A stretch of DNA of 60,008 nt, the filler included, from Basidiobolus ranarum (lineage: Eukaryota), in NCBI GenBank assembly GCA_040143965.1. It is 12 parts of 12 records of this genome, joined end to end, with 100 filler letters (N's around TTAATTAATTAA, not from the genome) between each part and the next. Parts side by side here need not be neighbours in the genome. Positions count along the whole stretch, not along the records: positions 1 to 4,925 come from JASJQH010001781.1; positions 5,026 to 9,948 come from JASJQH010001782.1; positions 10,049 to 14,968 come from JASJQH010001783.1; 9 more parts are not named here. The stretch is one strand, 5' to 3'. Each line of letters starts with the position of its first letter. Position 1 is the first letter of the stretch. Below are positions 1 through 12,153 of this stretch, piece by piece. Both the position numbers and the translations under genes were made by a program. Below the pieces are notes generated by a model. The model made no database searches. It had not been told where the DNA came from and saw only the letters and a list, made by a program, of their open reading frames with translations.

Positions 1-28
1 GGTTCTATTGGAGTGAGTAATCAATCTT

Positions 29-72
29 TATCATTATCATAATCATAATCATAATCGCAACCACAATCGCAA
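29..72 (+). repeat. Short ATCATA/ATCGCA hexamer microsatellite
   Basis: ATCATTATCATAATCATAATCATAATCGCAACCACAATCGCA. Confidence 0.6.
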
Positions 73-862
73 TTCTAAATCGTTACAACTCTATCGGGAT
101 CTGAATTGGTTACCAACCAACTGAATTCGACCACTTGGGGTGCTTGGTTCAAGTGGTCAATGATGAGTTCAAGCCCTCTCTAGCCTACCTCCTCCAATCA
201 AAGTACACAAGATAGAAAATATGGATATATCAGAGTGTAGATCATTTTAGAAGTCGGGAGATGATCTACCTGCCCAAATCAATGAAGAGCCTAGAGGCGT
301 ACTGACCTCGCTTATCATGGCAGCTGCCATCAGCTATCTGAAATGGCAGATCAGATGTGCCGTGAATATGCATCCTAGAGCGTAAAGCAGCTACCTCCAT
401 GTGGTGAATTCAAATATCCAAATGGGTATCTAGACCCTAATTTCAACTCCCATGTATCAGCATGATCTGATGGAATTCTGGATTTATAATCATAGAAAGT
501 GGATCTCAACGCTATTTCATATGAAGTGTAAACATCCGTTTGAGGTCAAAGCCTTCAAGATGTACAACCAGAAGATTGGGATTTTGGTCCGTTCAATTTT
601 ACACGTGTACTGTTGATTGGTGAACGCCTTCGAAACGTAGTTGCCAATAATTCCCCCAGAATAGAAGGTGCTACCATGTTTATTTCCGAAACCCGCGCTC
701 CCTGTGGGTATTGTATCATTATCCTTGTAGAGTTCATTAAAAGTTTAAGACTGGCGATTGCATAATAGGATCAAGTATATCTTCATCGAAAGAATATTAT
801 GGATTGTTAAGCTCAAATTGATTGATTAGCATTTTGATATTGATCAAGCTTGGTAGAGTTTC

Positions 863-870
863 TATAAAAG
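863..870 (+). promoter_or_regulatory. Putative TATA box of the orphan ORF
   Basis: TATAAAAG ~80 nt upstream of ATG 948. Confidence 0.45.
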
Positions 871-947
871 GGCAGACTCTACCCTCTCGAACACAACCAA
901 CTTCTATTTATTCCCTCTACTGGCCGAAATCCCATATTTCATCAGCC

Positions 948-1625
948 ATGCTAAATTCTCAAATAGTCAACCAAGTTTCAAAGATGTCGCGCGATCAACT
1001 AGAGCTGGCCCTCCTAAAGGCTAGTTCACGACATGATGACGTTTACAACCAGATAGTCTTCACCTCACAAAGCCTTGACAAGGTGCATCCGGACAGTAAA
1101 AGCTTTGATCAGGTGGTGTATTGGTACGAGAAACTCGAGTCCAACTCACTTACCACTCGTGAGCGGTTCTGTCTGTTGAGTGCTATCACCTCCTCACTCA
1201 CCTTGCATATGACTCGGTTCAAGCTGACCGACCCTTCGAGCTACCTTCAAGTGTGGTCTGAGAAGGGAATATACCAGATGAAGCGATCCAAGTTCACCAA
1301 CAAAGTAGGTGAGCGTTGGAAGGGGCTTTTCCTCGATTGTGGTAAGGGCCTTAGCCAGGAAATGAGCTACACCAAAGCGGACTGGAAGAAACTCAAGAAG
1401 CTCTTTGATCAGTGGGAGGCCACTCTTCGTGCCGAGGATTTGACCTTGGGATGTACGTATGAAATCAAGCTGCTGATTGAGCGAGAGATGAATGGACATC
1501 ATTCGTACTACTTCTCAAAAGACTTGGCAAATGACTCCTCGTCGGAATCGATATCAGCATACTCTACGGAGTCTGATCCGGTGTTGGAAGGGTTATCAGA
1601 TATTTCATGCCGCACACTTGTATGA
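948..1625 (+). CDS. Intronless hypothetical protein (225 aa from ATG 948)
   Basis: Long ORF that is GC-richer than its flanks, with GCC-ATG context, upstream TATAAAAG and downstream AATAAA (~1785). No family recognised. Confidence 0.65.
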   Translation: MLNSQIVNQVSKMSRDQLELALLKASSRHDDVYNQIVFTSQSLDKVHPDSKSFDQVVYWYEKLESNSLTTRERFCLLSAITSSLTLHMTRFKLTDPSSYLQVWSEKGIYQMKRSKFTNKVGERWKGLFLDCGKGLSQEMSYTKADWKKLKKLFDQWEATLRAEDLTLGCTYEIKLLIEREMNGHHSYYFSKDLANDSSSESISAYSTESDPVLEGLSDISCRTLV

Positions 1626-4600
1626 GAAATCACACAGGTCAGTGCTATCACTAAATCCCAATATTGCCTGATCTATGGAACTTGGATCTTCCTATATCTG
1701 ATGATGCTAGAAAGCAAATTTTGTACTTGTCCCAGGAATATTCACACAGTAATAGTTACACCCTTCATTCAGATTGCTTGTTTAAATAAATCATTTGTAC
1801 AAATCATGTTACATGACCTGGAAATAGATCGGTTTAGAGATATCTTGGGATTATTTATGGTTTAATGAGATGATCAAAAGCTGTGGAAGATGTCACAGTA
1901 AATTCCCTAATTGAGTTAAATAACTACGGTTCCATGATATGAATTACTTTTAGGAATGATTTACTCGTGGTTTTATTCCCAAGACGACAGTAACTCTATT
2001 TAGTATGCTCTTTCGAGTCGCCTCTAAGCAATGCATCATTTATGTGGGACACAGCTGCAAAAGCTCGATCCATCTGGATTCCTTTTTTAACTGAGTTAGT
2101 CTTGGCCACCTTGATCCACCACGTACTGACAACTTGAGCATATCTGCAAGTCTAATTTCGCCATCATACTGGCCTATGATCTGTCCAGTCATTCAATGTA
2201 GCAATTGGTAATATCTCACATATTTCAATCGAGAAATCGTATCTGACTCGGAATGAATCATTTGGAGATGAAATTGTATCTTACTACTGGAGTTACACTG
2301 ATATTCTACCAGGTCTACACCATCAGTTTTTGTCGTTCAGTGCAAGATATCACAGCCAGTAGGTACTTTACTTTGTTACACTTTCGTAAATAAGAAACCA
2401 TGTGCATATTTCTCACAATACAGGTAAAATACTTAAAGTAAATCCCATGGTCATCAGGAATACTGCTTACTATGCTCAATTTATTGAGGATAGGGCAACT
2501 GCCATCGATACCGAGGATTATTTATCCACAATATCAGGGAAAATCCCTCCCTTCTCCAGTGATTTGGTGGTGGAGATGAGGATGGGGAGATATTGTCTTT
2601 CGGCGATTCATGCTACATATGTCTTGTCTTAGAGCTAGACAATCAAGTATCTTGAAGAAACTAGACCTGGTTAGGCCACTGATGATGGTTGTCACGCATC
2701 AGTGATTGTACAAATTGCTTGTAAATAACTAACGCTCCAACAAGTCTGAACATGAAGATTACCCCCTTAATTTGTTCCAAGTAAATCCATACCGTTATTG
2801 GTAAGGATTGACCACTTACCTATCTAAATATGATTAATGTTCGTTTGATTTTATTCACACGATTACAGGCTAAAGGTCATAGTTTTAGATGCTATCTTTT
2901 GAAGAAAAGTTCAGTGAAACCTAGTTAAATATAAGCCATGACAAAGCCAATACTGAATGCCATCGATTCTGGTAATGAAGGGATGATCGAAACAACAGTA
3001 AGACAAAAAAATGCCTGTTTATTGGCATCGGTAGGGATGAGTTCGAAAGTATAGATTTGTTATCTCCCACAGCTATAGGTCTGGTTATAAAAAGTTGTCA
3101 GGGTCATCTTAAATTACGTCTTCTGCTAATGGTAGGACCAACGAAAGTTAGAAACTTCCTGTGGGTTAAAACTGTATTAGAACCTTGCCTCTTGGAGTCT
3201 AGTCGCGATAAATTCATCTATTGGAAAAATAATTGTGGGTATTTTATGGATATATCAAATTGATAGAGAGGGGAGATAGAACCCTTGTTTGAGATCAAGT
3301 GGATAATCAATATCGCAGTTGAAACAAAGCCAACTTAGGACGTAGTATTTGGTCCGTACTACTTTATATATATATATAATCCACTGGTTTCAGAATCCCT
3401 GAAATATCAAATATTTTAAGATCAGACACCTAGAAGTTATTGCATTCTTGATGAAAGACAGCTAATAAACATGTACGTAGTGCAAAGTTTTGGTGTAGAG
3501 ATGAACTTGTTACGTGGGAAGTTGGAATGTCTGGTTGACATGTTGTAATTAGTGGTTTTAATATTCCCGAAGATATAAATGTTGGATGAGAATGTCCTTT
3601 AATTGCTTTGGAAATTGAGAAGAGCGTTGTATTACACAGGATAGGGGTAAGTGTAGAACAATACAGGAATCATGGGGATAGATGAACTTTTAAAGACGAT
3701 ATTTATGCATTCAGCATACAATGATATAGATATAGTAACAAGGGTATGACTCTGCACAGCTACGGATGAAAAGGAAGAAATGGAAGAGCAGGACATGCCT
3801 CAGTCCAAGAGAGATTTAGGAGTATATTGCAATTTCGACATGCCAGCTGTCTCCGCTGAGAACGTATTATTGCGAGGTATAATATATTGAACTCATGGAA
3901 TCTATATATCAAGAGCAGGTCATTGTTCTCGAGGTAAGACCAATAGAAGAATTGGATTGGTATCACAGCTTCACCATTCTCTTGGATTCATGTGTTAGAT
4001 AGCTTATCCTCCACCCCTGGGAGTTAAGTCTTTACGGTCAGTGCGTAATTACTGTGCCAGTAATGAGCCAACTTTAACATTGCCAAGATCAAAATCCGCC
4101 GAATCTCCAGATATGCAGATATTGATAAAGCCTGATCAAAGGGGTGGATTGGTGAGCAACTAAGTGATAACTCATACCGGTGCAGTTAGATCAGAGCTCA
4201 TTTGAAATTTTTTTATTTATGATGATTGCTTCAAGTTTATCATTACAACGACCACGCACGACTGAACTTCACTAATGTGTCATGGTTGTTCCTGAAATCA
4301 TCGCAATGCTAAATACTTCAATACAAATAATGAAGGATCCCCTAGTAAATGTACCTACGGATTTAAGAACTTTGGCATGAGCTGAACTGGTGTATACTAT
4401 CTATAGAGTTTACTGATAGGATTAGAATTGGAAATATTGATGAAGATAATAAAGATACTTATTGAGTCAATTTGTTCAAAAGAATAATGCCTATTATACC
4501 TATGAATTATGAGCTCTGATGAATCTTTAGCTAACAATACAAATAAAGCATGTCTTCACCTTTGCAGGCATACTCTCGCGGTATTATATTATCATGTCTG

Positions 4601-4925
4601 ACTCTTTGTTCCGCCAATACTGTGGGCATAACAGCATACATGTCTTACTGTAGAATCGTGGAATAATCAGAGTATCACTGACACAGGTTGCTTGAATTAT
4701 TTGTAGGATGCTAATCTAAGATTCCCCATTTATTACATTGCAAATATTTAAAATAAGCCAATAGATAGAAAACAATCAATGAATGGAATGAAAGTGACAT
4801 ACTCCTATGTGGTTTGTTTTATAGTATTATTTAATTTACTTTCAAGATTTGAGAAAGTGGAGGGAAAGGAAAAAGAAATGAAAGTACAAATAAAAAAAGG
4901 GGAGGGGAGATAAACAAATCTTGGG

Positions 4926-5025
4926 NNNNNNNNNNNNNNNNNNNNNNNNNNNNNNNNNNNNNNNNNNNNTTAATTAATTAANNNNNNNNNNNNNNNNNNN
5001 NNNNNNNNNNNNNNNNNNNNNNNNN
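4926..5025. other. Artificial contig linker (N44-TTAATTAATTAA-N44); identical linkers at 9949-10048, 14969-15068, 19988-20087, 25005-25104, 30018-30117, 35023-35122, 40025-40124, 45025-45124, 50023-50122, 55016-55115
   Basis: Identical 100-bp spacer with stops in all six frames. The segments between linkers decrease in length from 4925 to 4893 bp, and genes are cut at the linkers. Confidence 0.98.
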
Positions 5026-6264
5026 ATTTGATGCTGAGTACCATTCGGGTGTATGGATAAACATTGAATTCTCACTCAATTAATCGCGTTACAAGTGAAT
5101 GAAGTGTGTATAATGCATTAGTAAAACGTCGATTAAATACTTTGATTGACTTAAACTATTATGAATACTTCTGTCTTCTAAGCAACTCAATCACAACTCT
5201 GTTATCAAGGCTTTGATAAGTCTTTAACTTGGTCATCTTTTGATGATTCTCCGCTTTTGATCCACTGTTAAGGATTCTCTACACACTTTCTGCTTTTGTC
5301 ATGCTTTGGCTGCAGGGAGAATGGAAATCATGGGTTTGAATCTAGAATCATCGGTCAGCGTATGTCATTCATCAATAAGTTAACAATCCAAAAAAGGAAT
5401 TTTCGATAGAGTCCCTATCTTTAATTGTGCGCATACTTACATGCGATGAACTTCTAAAAACAGCTATGTTCCCAAGAGAAAGTAACAAGTGTGAAAGAGT
5501 CTAATTAGAATGATAAGCCTGTTACTTGTTACGGCGAAGTGGAGCCACACGTAACCTACATTCTCTTTTAACTTTACCACAGTCGCTATTGCTTTGGAAT
5601 TGTTTGGCTATTTAAAAAAAAAGTTGATGTACTTATTACCTCTATAATTTCAACATCTCTTTAATGGTTCATCATCGACTATTTAATTACCAATTACTCC
5701 ATATATAGATGTGATCTTTTAGTTACCGAGTCGTTGGAATACTACTCTGCATATTGAACCGGTGTTTCCTATACTCGGCTGGAGTAGATGCTATGACTTC
5801 CACATCTTCATTGTTATTCGTTAGGCGGTATCTTATATTACCTATCCGTCACTAACATGTTAAATAAATGAGTTCTCTTTGTATTCAATATTGGCGTAGT
5901 ACTCGCCTGATCTTTGCAATGTATCGTTGTACTTAATTTACGTTACAATAAATTCAAAACCGCCGTTGTCTAGATGGGAAGAACGAGATAGACTGTCAAA
6001 TCGAGTGGGAATATCTGTTCTTTTTATTCTTTGTTAGCTGAATTCATTGAATGCTCACAGATTGAGTGTGTTTTGATGATGGATTCAAATTCGTAATCCC
6101 ATATATCACCGTCGTAAGTATATACAAATCTAATGCACAAGATAGTTCATTTCTTGCTTTACTTTATTTAGTAACTAGTAGTATAGTTGATTCTGTGGCT
6201 GTAAAAATGACAGGCGAATCCGTAGAGAAATAACGCTTTCATAACCATAAACAAACAGTTGGAC

Positions 6265-6561
6265 TCAGCAAACAATGAAGATGCTCTTCCAACCATAACT
6301 GGATGATTGCTCAGAGTTTGCATCACTCTTTAATACTGAATGGGCGGCTCCGCTACATCCAGATGCATTATAGACACGTCCACTTTGGCCCTCAGCGTAC
6401 CACTTGTAACTACCTCTGTAGGGAATGGAAGAGCAGCCACATTTTCCAATGCTCTTACTAGATCCAGAATAATGACCCCCGGAGTAAGCTACAAAATTGC
6501 TAGCATAGGCGGAAGTGCAGAGAAGAGTGGCAGCAATAGCGTAGAGACTGATGCGGACCAT
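6265..6561 (-). CDS. Secreted MiAMP1-like (beta-barrelin) antimicrobial peptide, copy 1
   Basis: 20-aa signal peptide ending AYA. The mature chain has KCGCS, GQSGRVYNASGCSGAAH and C-terminal GWKSIFIVC, matching the recalled plant MiAMP1 motifs KCGCS, GQTAALYNQAGCSGVAH and GWKSIFIQC. TATAAAA at 6597-6603 (- strand). Confidence 0.88.
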   Translation of the reverse strand: MVRISLYAIAATLLCTSAYASNFVAYSGGHYSGSSKSIGKCGCSSIPYRGSYKWYAEGQSGRVYNASGCSGAAHSVLKSDANSEQSSSYGWKSIFIVC

Positions 6562-8758
6562 TATGTGGAATGAAGATTACCAAGGCGGTGCTCCCTTTTT
6601 ATAACTCTCAAAGCTCCGCCATGTAGTAAATAGAGTAAAAGATCACCGACTCTCAAATATAGCTCATGTACGATGTACTACCACTTGATTAGTACTATAC
6701 ATAAATATATTTACGTTGTCCAGAAATGGCCCTACCTCTCCAACCAACAATACCGTTGAATAACACCTATGTTTTATGTATTAGTCATATACTCTTTCAA
6801 CTAAAAAGATTGCTCATTCTTCTTCATCATCACTGGAGCACCAATTTCTGAATGTACTCAATAGCTAACTAGTGTGCAACTGCTGGTACTCTTATTCTTA
6901 TCAACACAGCTGAAATTCTGAAAGTAGTTGTTGTAATATCCCACTCATCCTTCACCTCATGCTGCGTATTGATACCCTATTTGGGATCTGCACTCTCATC
7001 ATCAGTTTCATATTACCGCAAATACTCACGAAATGGGTCAGGATTGACAAAGGAGGCCAACTACCTTCTACCTCCTCTTTAGAGCTTTATAATCTCGCTC
7101 TAACTAATTTTCTATATCTGTGCTGACCCTCCCCCAGTGCCATATTAATCTGATTCGGTGTTCCATTAGCAGGAATCCACTTATTAATAGAGATTCTTTA
7201 CTTGGAGTTTTATATCACGATATAAGTTAATCTCTTCATAAGTGTGATCAATATTTGGGTAGTACGGATCTATGTGTTGGTGTTTATGGTAGTTAGTAAG
7301 TTTCTCCGGATTCACTGCACTATTTTATATCGCATAAGCGAGATATTCCATCACAAGTAGTGACCACGAATTGGTTCCCATTTTAATAGGATATACATGG
7401 TACACCTTAGTTTGGTACGAGCATACTCAAGGACCGACTGTCAGAGACAGTATGACTCCAAGTGAGTATGTATTGGAAAATGATATGTATAAATGATCAT
7501 TTCAATGCTATACTAAATCAAAGTCTAACGTATTCATATCGTATTCATATATACGATGACTCTTTGCATGGGTCAGAAGTAAAATCCCACAAATGGAATC
7601 AACAAACAAGTTTACCATTTGGAAATACAATATTTATGTTAAATACTATGATCACATGATTAACCAGAATCAATCGACTTCGTACAAATTGATTTACTGC
7701 AGATATTGATGCGCATACATGTTACCAGTGGTGGCGAATGTACAAAAGATATATATAAGTTTGTGTAAGCGTTTTAGAAGTTATCTTGAGCTAGGCCTAG
7801 CCGAATTATTTTATTATTTGGTTAGTAGTGTTATTTGTAACAATATGAGAAGGCTTTTGTTTAATAACATCTAACCCATAGTTGCTATATATTAATTCAT
7901 ACAAGTGTAAGAAATATAGCGATAATTGACATTAAAAGCATGAAGCAACACAGTGGATAGTTACATGAATACGAAAAATAACTTACTATCAATAAGTTTT
8001 ACTTTCAGAAAGATGAAAAGAAATCCTTTTTTGCATATATGCACTATTCAATCCACTTGGCACATATATTTCGGTCTTTGCCCTAGTAAAATGACTCGTG
8101 TTACGTATACTCAAGTATGCCACTAGCAAACTACCACAGGAATGACACAGCTTCACGCAGAGACTATCTTCACTATTCCTTAGTCAGAATCTGGTATTGA
8201 TAGATTAAATCAATGTGTGTTTCGTATGCAAAGTTATTGCAATACTCGCTTAATCTATGGAATGTATCTTTGCGCTTAATTTTTAATAAATTTAGAATCG
8301 GCATAGTCTGGATGGGAAAAAAGAAGTATACTTTCAGATCGAGGGGAAATATCAATCCCTTTTATTTGTTGCACTCATTGAATGCTACTGATTGAGTGTG
8401 TTTTATTGATGCATTCAGACTCATAATCTCATATATTACTATCAATGTGAACATAAAGGGTGCTAACAAGCTAGTTTAATTAGTGGATACGTTCACTTAG
8501 AAAATTACCGACCTACTTTGCGTGTCCCGCCTGGAAGTAGGAACTGAAGTTGAAAGCACCGTAAGATACACTGTTACTATTCAGATATATTCAAATCTAA
8601 TACTGGTAAGATAATCCATCTCTTAGATCAACTAACATGTGATAATTTGACCATGTTTTATTTGATAATTGGTAGTATGCTCGAGTCAGTGATTGTAAAA
8701 ATTACAAGCGAATACATAGGGAGATAATGCTTCCATTACCATAAGCAAATAGTTGGAC

Positions 8759-9055
8759 TCAGCATACGATGAAAATACTCTTCCAGCCATAACTCGATGA
8801 TTGCTCAGAGTTTGCATCACTCTTTAATACGGAGTGCGCAGCTCCGCTACATCCAGATCCATTATAGACACGTCCACTTTGGCCCTCAGCGTACCACTTG
8901 TAACTACCTCTGTAGGGAATGGAAGAGCAGCCACACTTTCCAATGCTCTTGCTAGATCCAGAATAATGACCTCCGGAGTAAGCCACAAAGTTACTAGCAT
9001 AGGCGGAGGTGCAGAGAAGAGCGGCAGTAATAGCGTAGAGATTGATGCGGACCAT
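8759..9055 (-). CDS. Secreted MiAMP1-like antimicrobial peptide, copy 2
   Basis: Same as copy 1 except for 3 signal-peptide changes and mature A46G. TATAAAA at 9091-9097 (- strand). Confidence 0.88.
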   Translation of the reverse strand: MVRINLYAITAALLCTSAYASNFVAYSGGHYSGSSKSIGKCGCSSIPYRGSYKWYAEGQSGRVYNGSGCSGAAHSVLKSDANSEQSSSYGWKSIFIVC

Positions 9056-10113
9056 CTTGTTGAATGAAGATTACCAAAGCGATGCCTCCTTTTTATAACT
9101 CACAAAACCCCACCATGTAGCAAATATGGCAAATGATCTCTCGCTGCTAAATATATTTCGTGTAAAGGTATGTTACCCTAACTTGAGTAAAAATATTACT
9201 TGATATTAACCTTCGTACTGTATATTCAAATTGTGCGAAACCGGTAAAAGCCACTCAGTCAACATTCGTATTTTCCGTCCATGACAGTTACCGCCCAATA
9301 ATTATATTCACCATAATAGTCAGACACTATCTGCAAAAGACACAATACCTCTACTCCCACACTCGAGTGCTAATTGCTAAACGTACTTGAGGACTTCAGC
9401 AAATGTTAGCAATTGTATTCTTATCAGCAACGAAAGAAATCTTGACAGTAATTGTTGTTTTGCTCCACTCATCCTTCACTTCATGCAGCTTACTGATACC
9501 CTATTTGGGATTTACACTCTCATTATCAGCTTCATATTACCGCACATACTCACGAAATGAGGCAGGATTGATAAAGCAGACTGACCATAATCTACGTTCA
9601 CTTTGGATCTTGATGATATCTCACCCTTTCACTCTAACCTCTTTTCTAGATCAGGGTTGCCCCCCAGTGGTATATAAATATAATCTAGTTTGTCACTAGC
9701 AGGAATTAACTTGCTAATAATGAATCTTTATTTGGAGGTTTATATCGTGACAGAGTTATTCTTTCCATACATGTGAGTAATATTTAAGTAGAGCAGGTAC
9801 ACTTGCTATCGTTTCTGGTGCTCTGTACTTGGAGTTGGTTGCCCTAGATCCATTACAATATTTCATAATCAAGATATTGCGCAACAATGAATGACCGCGA
9901 ATCGATTCCCTACCTTAATAGGTTATATATGGTACAGCCAATTTTGGTNNNNNNNNNNNNNNNNNNNNNNNNNNNNNNNNNNNNNNNNNNNNTTAATTAA
10001 TTAANNNNNNNNNNNNNNNNNNNNNNNNNNNNNNNNNNNNNNNNNNNNAGCAATTTCATTACACCAAGTTTACCATCTGAAAATTTCAATGCCATTCAAA
10101 AAGCGTTCAAAAT

Positions 10114-12153
10114 CTAAGTCAAAATCGGCTTCCAAGCCAAAGCCTGCTGGCCCAAAAGATCCTCTTCGTCAAGGTCATCATCCATATTGTTCAAGAAGTT
10201 TTGATGATGCAGAGGATTGATAGTCCCATTTTTACGCTCGTATTGTTCGTGTACAGCATTTCGGAATCTTTGCTTGACCGCCTCCTCATCTTCCATACGA
10301 TGAACTGCATATGACACATCAATGGCTTCTTTGATGGAGATATTTGGAGTAACAGGTAACGGCATAGGATGTCGATCTTTGCGAGTCAGGGTTAGAGATG
10401 GGCCATGGAATGGGGTAGTGACATGTTCATTTGTAGGATGGAACCCAGAGTCAGACTCAAGAGGTGAAGATGCCTCAGTAAAAGTAGAGTCAATCTCCTC
10501 AACCTCGGAGTGGAATTGTACACGCTTAGTAATCTAGTGTTTTTAGAAGAATAAGATTAATGATAGACATGAATGAATAAAGTTCGACCCAGTATCTTAC
10601 ACTTGTCTTGATCCATGGATGAGCAAAAAAATCGTCAATTGTGTACCGAGCAGAAGGATCGACGGTCAATAGTTGAGATATCAGATCCTTGGCTAAAGAA
10701 TAGCGCAATTTTAGAAATAAGATCTTACATGTGCATAAACTCATCTTTTACCAGTATCTGAGATATCATCCCACCATGGGGATAAAAACGAATATTGCCC
10801 ATTGGCAACTTTCTCTGTAAGAGCTTGAATATCTTCATCATAGAATGGTGGGAATCCACAGAGTCTGAGTAGGGAAATGTGTGTGAATTGGTCGAAGAGT
10901 AGGCGGAAAATTTCAAATAAAAATAATATACTTACAGAGTGTACAGTACACAACCTAAGGCCCACATGTCTACCGACTTACTATAGCGTTCGTCTCTGAC
11001 AACTTCGGGCGCTGTATATCCGAGTGCTATGGAATTAAGGATTTATAGTATTGACGAAAGAGGAATCATTTATAGTTCAATTCAAAAAAGATATCAGTTC
11101 CGCAAGGAGTCATAGTGTCACTGTTCCATACTACTTTGGACAAACCGAAATCAGCTATCTTAACTACACCTATTCCTCCTCCACCTACTCCTTCGATAAA
11201 ATCGCCTTCATCTAGCTTCTCCTCGTCTAACTCCACAGGCTCATCTGACATCTGATCCTCGTATCTATATGGGATGGCTTGAAAGAGCAAATTTTCAGGC
11301 TTTATATCTCTACAAATATATAGTTAACGTCTGTCAAAATGCGTAAAACTTAATACCAAAAATACCTATGTACTACTCCTTTTTCTTCGTGCAAGTAGCG
11401 AATCCCCTGGGCAACTTGTAGTATAACGTGACGTGTAAGATGCTCCGAAAAGTAGGTGAGTTTAACAATTCTATGAAAGAGCTCTCCTCCCCCTAAAAGC
11501 TCCAAAATGAGATAATAAAAATCCTTGGTGTCTTTAAAATCCAACAGCCGAGCCACATTGGGGTGACTAATATTACGCATGATAGTCACTTCTTTTAGTA
11601 TATTTCCTCGCTAAATTTACGATAAAATGGTAAGAAAAAACTAATTTTCCACCGAGATGATATATTCTTACTTGGATTGCATTAAGTTGAAACTTCCGAA
11701 CAATTTTCACAGCTACGAATTTATGACCCGTCCGGTCAAATGCCTTATATACGTTACTGAACGCACCACTGTTGAAATGAGGGTTAGCTTGTTACAAATG
11801 AAACCAAAGAGTCAGTGAAATAATTAAAGCTATGGACTTACTCTCCTAGCTTTTCCAATAATTTGTATCTATCCAAGTCCGGATAATGAGGAATATCAGG
11901 GTCACATTTGAGGTCGCACTCTTCAAGCGGTTTGGAAGCTTGGCAATTTTTCATGGGATTTCCTCCTTCAGGTACCCCTTGAGTAACTGGGGTCACTATA
12001 GAGCTTTCATGGATACTTGGAATCATAGGCTCGTGAACTAGAATACAAGGAGATTTTTAGTATCGACAGCGCATTATTTTGAAGTCGTTTTTCCTAAAAA
12101 ACCAAATTACCAGAAGTAGTGCTCTTTAAAAAGCTTCTAATCTGCTTCATCAT
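10114..12153 (-). CDS. CAMK-group Ser/Thr kinase of the fungal Rck1/Rck2/Srk1 (MAPK-activated) type; 9 exons
   Basis: Spliced motifs [23 protein letters not shown], the Rck/Srk-typical [51 protein letters not shown] and [11 protein letters not shown]. Seven GT-AG introns plus one AT-AC intron. Confidence 0.92.
11024..11094 (-). other. U12-type (minor spliceosome) AT-AC intron, 71 nt
   Basis: 5' ATATCTTTTT, branch TCCTTAAT (11041-11034), 3' CAC. Removal restores GGA ACT G|TC GGA TAT = G-T-V-G-Y-T-A-P-E. Confidence 0.88.

Larger units (their letters stand above)
6040..9948. repeat. Diverged ~2.5-kb tandem duplication carrying the two peptide genes
   Basis: Blocks 6040-6110~8375-8445, 6120-6680~8585-9180 and 6890-7415~9415-9948 align; the gene offset is 2494 bp. 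Confidence 0.85.

Noticed and set aside
822-947. N-terminal extensions from non-ATG starts in the ORF track (also 14513, 28846, 38568)
   Set aside because: TTG/GTG starts are prokaryote-style calls; the downstream ATGs fit eukaryotic context
6340-9067. Plus-strand 77-aa ORFs at 6340 and 8834
   Set aside because: Antisense to the peptide genes; substitutions are synonymous only in the minus frame
11027-11140. Conventional GT-AG splice using the AG 3 nt upstream of the AC
   Set aside because: Nearby GT donors would delete TPCG and/or shift frame; only AT-AC restores the conserved motif
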